Shown piece after piece: positions 59,426 to 64,000 of a stretch of DNA of 64,000 nucleotides. The stretch's first letter is position 1, and the number at the start of each line of letters is the position of its first letter. The DNA is from an uncultured Bacilli bacterium. GTDB taxonomy: Bacteria > Bacillota_I > Bacilli_A > RF39 > UBA660. The notes below the pieces were generated by a model. That model saw only the letters and a list, made by a program, of their open reading frames with translations. It ran no database searches and was not told where the DNA came from. The stretch is taken from assembly GCA_944358695.1 (NCBI GenBank), contig CALVRM010000013.1, positions 18,566 to 82,565 of the forward strand, read 5' to 3'. Made by a program: the position numbers and the translations under genes.

Positions 59426-61042
59426 TTATTTTAACACATATTTATAGTTATAATTACGCACTTGAAATGTAAAGTAAACAGAAGTAGCTCTTTCAAGATC
59501 TTTATTTACTTCAATATAGGTGTAACCATTAGCACTTCCAATTTTAGGTTTTATACGTTTAGAATCAATTTTATGACTATACCACTTGTTATCAACTTGA
59601 TAATTAATAGTAGCAAATTCATTTAGAAAATAATAAACATCAGAGATTGTATTTAAATTCATACTCTCATCTTCTTCAAACGCACTTTTAAGTTTAATTA
59701 ACGTCTTAGGGTAATTTCCAGTAGCCGTTGGAGTAACATACTCTGAAGATGCCAAACAATTATTTTTTTTAGAGCAAAATTGATATTCAATTTTAAATTT
59801 ATTACTAATTTCAAATTGATCAATGGTGAAAGTTGATTCACCAAGGACACTTCCTGAAAAACTTAAAGTTTCACTAAGCTTCTTTTCTTCAGTTTGAACT
59901 TTTTTAGTTAAATCAACAGGGTTTAATTTAACGTATATGTTTTTGGCGCCAATTTCACCACGAATAAAACTAACGTTATCATTTATCTTTAAAGTCATTG
60001 ATTTAGCACTTTCTGATTTAGGGATTTCAAAAGCTAAAATATAATTGGTAAAATCAATTGATAGTTTATCGTTAGTATATGGCGTTCCAATGTCAGTTAA
60101 ATCTTCATTGTAATTTGTAGTTTGTCCATATGATTTACCCCCGGCTTTTAAAGTGATTAAACCAGTATTTAATCTTTTAGTTTCATCTTCAACTAATTTA
60201 CGAACATCAAGTCTAACAACTACCAGTACATTATCAGCAGCTACGATTTGTTTATCGTTTTGATCGGTAGTCGTTAAATAAGAATTTTTGACATTAAATC
60301 CAAAGTTACTAGCTACAAAAGTTTGGGCTTCTTGGTAACTAGCTGTATAAATACTTTTGGTCATAAATATTATAAAGCTAACAATAACTACCAAAATTAT
60401 GGCTAATACATTAACGACAAATTTATGTTCAATATAAAAATATTTTAATTCGCGAAATTTACCGCGGATATTACGTTTCATTTTGTTTTTATCAAATTCA
60501 ACGGCTACTTCAAATTCTTCATTATCTTTAACGTCAATCTCTAAGGCCTCTAAATCACTACCAAAATTAAATTGTTTGATATCAAAGCCAGTCGCTCTTA
60601 CGATGGTAATAATACAACTTATTATTTGAATGCCTGCGGCAATATAAGTTATATCTCTGAGGGCTGAAGATAAACGAATATCTAAGATGCGATCATAAAT
60701 ATTATTCATAACGCTGTAATCGACACCGTATAAAACCATAAGCGCAAGATAAATGATTAAATTAAAGATGTATAATTTTTTAGGTTTATCTTTAACAAAC
60801 ATTACGGAAAGTACAACAATAGTAAAAATAATTACAATTAAAACAACGAGGAAACTATAAAAATTGATATAGTCCCCTAAAACAAAACCGCTACTTGCCG
60901 TAGCGTAATCTTGAATATAGTCAGTTAAAAAGTTACCAATAACAATAGTACGATAAATTAGCATAGCCATTAAAATAGCCATGATTAAATTGATTATTCT
61001 AAAATATTTTATAAAGAATGCGTATGGTTTCCTAAGTATCAT
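59426..61042 (-). CDS. Polytopic membrane protein with a large extracytoplasmic C-terminal domain; first gene of the array
   Basis: 538 aa with ~6 N-terminal TMs. The upstream promoter has a -10 GGTATAAT and RBS GGGAAGGGG. Confidence 0.5.
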   Translation of the reverse strand: MILRKPYAFFIKYFRIINLIMAILMAMLIYRTIVIGNFLTDYIQDYATASSGFVLGDYINFYSFLVVLIVIIFTIVVLSVMFVKDKPKKLYIFNLIIYLALMVLYGVDYSVMNNIYDRILDIRLSSALRDITYIAAGIQIISCIITIVRATGFDIKQFNFGSDLEALEIDVKDNEEFEVAVEFDKNKMKRNIRGKFRELKYFYIEHKFVVNVLAIILVVIVSFIIFMTKSIYTASYQEAQTFVASNFGFNVKNSYLTTTDQNDKQIVAADNVLVVVRLDVRKLVEDETKRLNTGLITLKAGGKSYGQTTNYNEDLTDIGTPYTNDKLSIDFTNYILAFEIPKSESAKSMTLKINDNVSFIRGEIGAKNIYVKLNPVDLTKKVQTEEKKLSETLSFSGSVLGESTFTIDQFEISNKFKIEYQFCSKKNNCLASSEYVTPTATGNYPKTLIKLKSAFEEDESMNLNTISDVYYFLNEFATINYQVDNKWYSHKIDSKRIKPKIGSANGYTYIEVNKDLERATSVYFTFQVRNYNYKYVLK

Positions 61043-61137
61043 ACACGTGTGCCCCTTCCCTAATATAATAATTATACCTTAAAATTTGTAAAAAAAAAAG
61101 CATTTTTGTCGCTTTTTTCATAAAGTTAAAGACCAAT

Positions 61138-62592
61138 CTATTTTAATGAAAAAATATAGCGGTTTTTATCTTCGTAAATTAATTTATAATCTTTACGTTG
61201 TTTTAGCTCTTGGTAAATTATATCTTCCTGGCCAACAACAATGTAAGTAAAATTGTATTTTTCTAGAAAAGTGCTTGGAAGTAAATACCCTTTTTGGACT
61301 TTATAATATTCTTTGAAAATGTCTGCTTGATGATTATTTGCTTTAAGAAAAACTTCTGAGCGATTATCAATGTATGGTTTAAACCCTTTATATTCTAAAT
61401 ACCCACCATCTAATTGATTACTATAAATTGTAGCTTTTTCTTTATCGGCATGTTTCAGCAGATAATTTGTAGCATCCTCAACTTTTATTTCACGATTAAT
61501 ACTAAGAAGTGGACTTGTTATAACAAATAAGGTGATTATTAAAACTAATGAGCTAAAACATAAGATAAACTGTTTTGATGACAAGTTTATATTTTTAAAC
61601 TTAATTAGTTCATCTTTATAGCTATATGCGAGGGGAATAAAACAAAGAACAATAAACAGCGGATAATTGCGCCAAGCTGATAGTAATAAATAAATGGCCC
61701 CTAGTATTAGAAACACATAACGTATTTTGGTTTTCTTCTTAAAAGCGAGAGCCAAAAGAAAGGCAAAAAGCGTTAAATAAGTAACTTTCCCATAATTTGC
61801 AGTAATTTTAGGCACCATCATTTCAAAAACTAGGTCATTAATTTCTGCTATACCGTATGATTTAAGAACATAGGTCATCGCATCTATTCCGTACGGATTG
61901 ATAAAGCCAGCTAAAAACATTATGAGGCCAGTTACAATTAATGGCCTTAACGGATAAGTTTCTCTTTTTTTAATACGATTATATAAAGTTTCAATTATGT
62001 ATGGTAATAGCAAACAAAATAATATAGCCCACATTGATGCATGAAGATTAATAAGCAATAAAGAGATCATCGGTAGTGGTATTAAGAATTTTATATTTTT
62101 CTTTTGAACATAATTTTCCAAAAAAAACAAAGATAAAAGAAAGCTAAGGCAACTAAAAATTTGCGGTCTACCAGCATAAAAAACTGGCAGAATAATCGCG
62201 CAAATAATTGTTATTATATATGAGATACAATAATTTTTTTTAGTCACTAATAAACACGTTTGATAAATTATACAAAGCGAAACGAAAAATATAAATGCGA
62301 CTAAAGCAGCCAGCCCTATTTTTCCTAGTAGTAAATATGTTAAATAAAAGATCACGGCAGAAAGCCACTGCTGCATGACAAATGAAAGGTTTTCATGCAT
62401 GGTAAAAGGTTCAATAGTTGGAAACCCGTTTTCTAAAACATAGCGCCCATGATTAAATAAAAACCAAGTGTCACCATTAAAAATTTCGGCGTTGCTAAAA
62501 CAATTACATGTAAAAAATAAAAGTAATAGAAAAAATAAGATTTTAAATTGTTTGGTTGCCAAGTTATCACTTCCCTTTTTATTTTTTTTCAT
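61138..62592 (-). CDS. Polytopic membrane protein, GT-C-like putative glycosyltransferase (paralog A)
   Basis: 484 aa, ~11 TM, first loop ...GDTWFLFNHGRYVLENGFPTIEPFTMHE..., soluble C-terminal ~130 aa. Confidence 0.45.
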   Translation of the reverse strand: MKKNKKGSDNLATKQFKILFFLLLLFFTCNCFSNAEIFNGDTWFLFNHGRYVLENGFPTIEPFTMHENLSFVMQQWLSAVIFYLTYLLLGKIGLAALVAFIFFVSLCIIYQTCLLVTKKNYCISYIITIICAIILPVFYAGRPQIFSCLSFLLSLFFLENYVQKKNIKFLIPLPMISLLLINLHASMWAILFCLLLPYIIETLYNRIKKRETYPLRPLIVTGLIMFLAGFINPYGIDAMTYVLKSYGIAEINDLVFEMMVPKITANYGKVTYLTLFAFLLALAFKKKTKIRYVFLILGAIYLLLSAWRNYPLFIVLCFIPLAYSYKDELIKFKNINLSSKQFILCFSSLVLIITLFVITSPLLSINREIKVEDATNYLLKHADKEKATIYSNQLDGGYLEYKGFKPYIDNRSEVFLKANNHQADIFKEYYKVQKGYLLPSTFLEKYNFTYIVVGQEDIIYQELKQRKDYKLIYEDKNRYIFSLK

Positions 62593-64000
62593 AAATATAG
62601 CGATATTGATCTTTATACACTAGTTGGTAATTATTATCTTGACTGATTTCTTGTCTTACTATGTCTTTTTTTTCTACGACAAAGTGAGTAAAGTTATACC
62701 TCTTTAAAAAAGTCTTTGGTAGAAGATACCCCCTTTGTAATTGATAATATTCTTTAAAAATATCCTTTTGATGATTATTGGCTTTAAGGAAGACTTCAGC
62801 CCGCGGATCGATATATGGTTTAAAGCCATAATACTCTAAATATCCACCATCATCATAGCCTGTATAAATAACAGATTTTTCTTTATCGGCATGTTTTAAC
62901 AAATAATTAGTGGCCCCTTCCATTTCATATGGTTTAACGAGACGATATCCTGGATTACATGCTACTATGGTGGCAACAATTACTAAACTAATGGCCAAAT
63001 AACAAAGGATTTTATGAATTTTGGGTAAATTGATTTTATTAATGCCTTGGAATTTGTTTTTAAAGCTATCTGCTAAAGGCAGTAAAGATCCTATTACAAA
63101 AAGTGGATAATTACGGTATGCTGAAAGGGCTAAATAGAGTAACCCTAGCATTAAAAGGATGTAACGAATTTTTATTTTTGAAGCAAAACTAAGAACCAGC
63201 AAAATTAGAAAAATTGTCAAAAATACAGCTTTACCAAAGTTTTTAGTAATATTAGGAACCATCATTTCTGTAATGAAATCATTTATTTCGTATATGCCAT
63301 ATGACTTGAAAACATAAGTCATAGCTTCTATGCCATAGGGATTTATAAAACCGACTAAAAGCATAATAATCGTAACAATTATTAAAGGGCTTAAACGGCT
63401 TAAAGGTTTCTTTTTAAGCCAAAAGTAAAATACTTCTAATATATATGGTAAAATAAAGCAAAACAAAAGGCCCCATGTTGCTGCATGCATATTAATTTCT
63501 AATAAGGAAATTAAAGGCAACGGCACTAAATAACGTATGTCTTTTTTTTGTATGTAACTTTCGAGAAAATAAAAAAGCAATAAAATATTAATATAACTAA
63601 ATATTTGAGGTCGGCCACCATTAAGATAATTAATTAATAAAAGTGATGAGATTCCTACTAAAATATAACTTAAATATTTATTACGGTTACTAATTAATAA
63701 ACATAATTTATAAATTAAAAATAAAATAAGAATGAAAACTACTGTCACTAAAATAGCTATACCTATATTACCCCAGGTTGAATATATTAGGTAAAAAATC
63801 ACGGCAGAAAGCCACTGCTGCATGACAAACGAAAAATTCTCATGCATGGTAAATGGGTCAATAGTTGGAAAACCGTTTTCTAAAATATAGCGCCCATGAT
63901 TAAATAGAAACCATGAGTCATTATTTAAATAACAATTAAGGCAAAAACAACAAACAATAGGGATTAATAAGAGCATTAAACATAGCTCTTTAGGCAAATA
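62579..64000 (-). CDS. Polytopic membrane protein, GT-C-like (paralog B); the 5' end probably runs off the window
   Basis: ~70% aa identity to paralog A with ~90% nt-identical blocks. The frame stays open to the window edge (the ORF track used a TTG). Confidence 0.45.
   Translation of the reverse strand, partial: YLPKELCLMLLLIPIVCCFCLNCYLNNDSWFLFNHGRYILENGFPTIDPFTMHENFSFVMQQWLSAVIFYLIYSTWGNIGIAILVTVVFILILFLIYKLCLLISNRNKYLSYILVGISSLLLINYLNGGRPQIFSYINILLLFYFLESYIQKKDIRYLVPLPLISLLEINMHAATWGLLFCFILPYILEVFYFWLKKKPLSRLSPLIIVTIIMLLVGFINPYGIEAMTYVFKSYGIYEINDFITEMMVPNITKNFGKAVFLTIFLILLVLSFASKIKIRYILLMLGLLYLALSAYRNYPLFVIGSLLPLADSFKNKFQGINKINLPKIHKILCYLAISLVIVATIVACNPGYRLVKPYEMEGATNYLLKHADKEKSVIYTGYDDGGYLEYYGFKPYIDPRAEVFLKANNHQKDIFKEYYQLQRGYLLPKTFLKRYNFTHFVVEKKDIVRQEISQDNNYQLVYKDQYRYIYEKK

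Larger units (their letters stand above)
34754..61042 (-). other. Composite Tad/Flp-pilus-like + MPF_FA-type T4SS gene array (~26 kb, co-directional, minimal gaps); a putative conjugative or DNA/protein-transfer apparatus
   Basis: Continuous minus-strand series of secretion and pilus genes, itemised in the rows below. Internal terminators lie only after the pilin-like genes and before the T4CP. Confidence 0.55.

Noticed and set aside
1-64000. CRISPR arrays, rRNA, canonical tRNAs
   Set aside because: No regularly spaced direct repeats of 25-40 bp were seen. The only tRNA-like T-arm (GGTTCGAATCC-type) belongs to the tmRNA at 29266-29630.

Overview
This is a low-GC (~28-30%) genome segment from a spore-forming Firmicute. 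The genetic code is standard and TGA acts as a stop. The tmRNA tag appears to end ...NLAFA. About half the window is core or housekeeping sequence.

- 1-3.1 kb, minus strand: the rimP-nusA-ylxR-infB operon.
- 9.9-13.7 kb: a gerA-type spore germination receptor operon in A-C-B order.
- 15.7-18.6 kb: rluB followed by the sporulation operon dacB-spmA-spmB.
- 20.3-23.3 kb: argG-argH behind a T-box leader.
- 29.3-32.2 kb: rnr-smpB-ssrA (tmRNA).
- 23.3-29.3 kb: a decayed accessory island directly 3' of the tmRNA gene. It carries three IS or gene fragments, XRE regulator pairs, and a DNA-repair cargo of Tag, two tandem Ogt/MGMT genes and a DUF1848 + SPL-like radical-SAM pair.
- 34.7-61.0 kb: one ~26 kb, almost gap-free minus-strand gene array. 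It fuses a Tad/Flp-type pilus module with a Gram-positive MPF_FA-type conjugative T4SS core.
  - The Tad module comprises a CpaF/TadA ATPase, TadB/TadC-like proteins, a CpaB-like protein, a TadZ-like protein, a Flp-like micro-pilin and TadE-like pseudopilins.
  - The T4SS core comprises a VirD4 coupling protein, a split VirB4, VirB3-like and VirB6-like proteins, three VirB2/TrbC-like paralogs, and C39+3D and NlpC/P60 wall hydrolases.
  - The array also encodes several unusually Cys-rich secreted proteins.
  - No relaxase or integrase is seen in the window.
  - This hybrid locus is the most likely candidate for an undescribed system.
- 61.1-64.0 kb: two tandemly duplicated polytopic (GT-C-like?) membrane proteins.

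No CRISPR array, rRNA or canonical tRNA was found.
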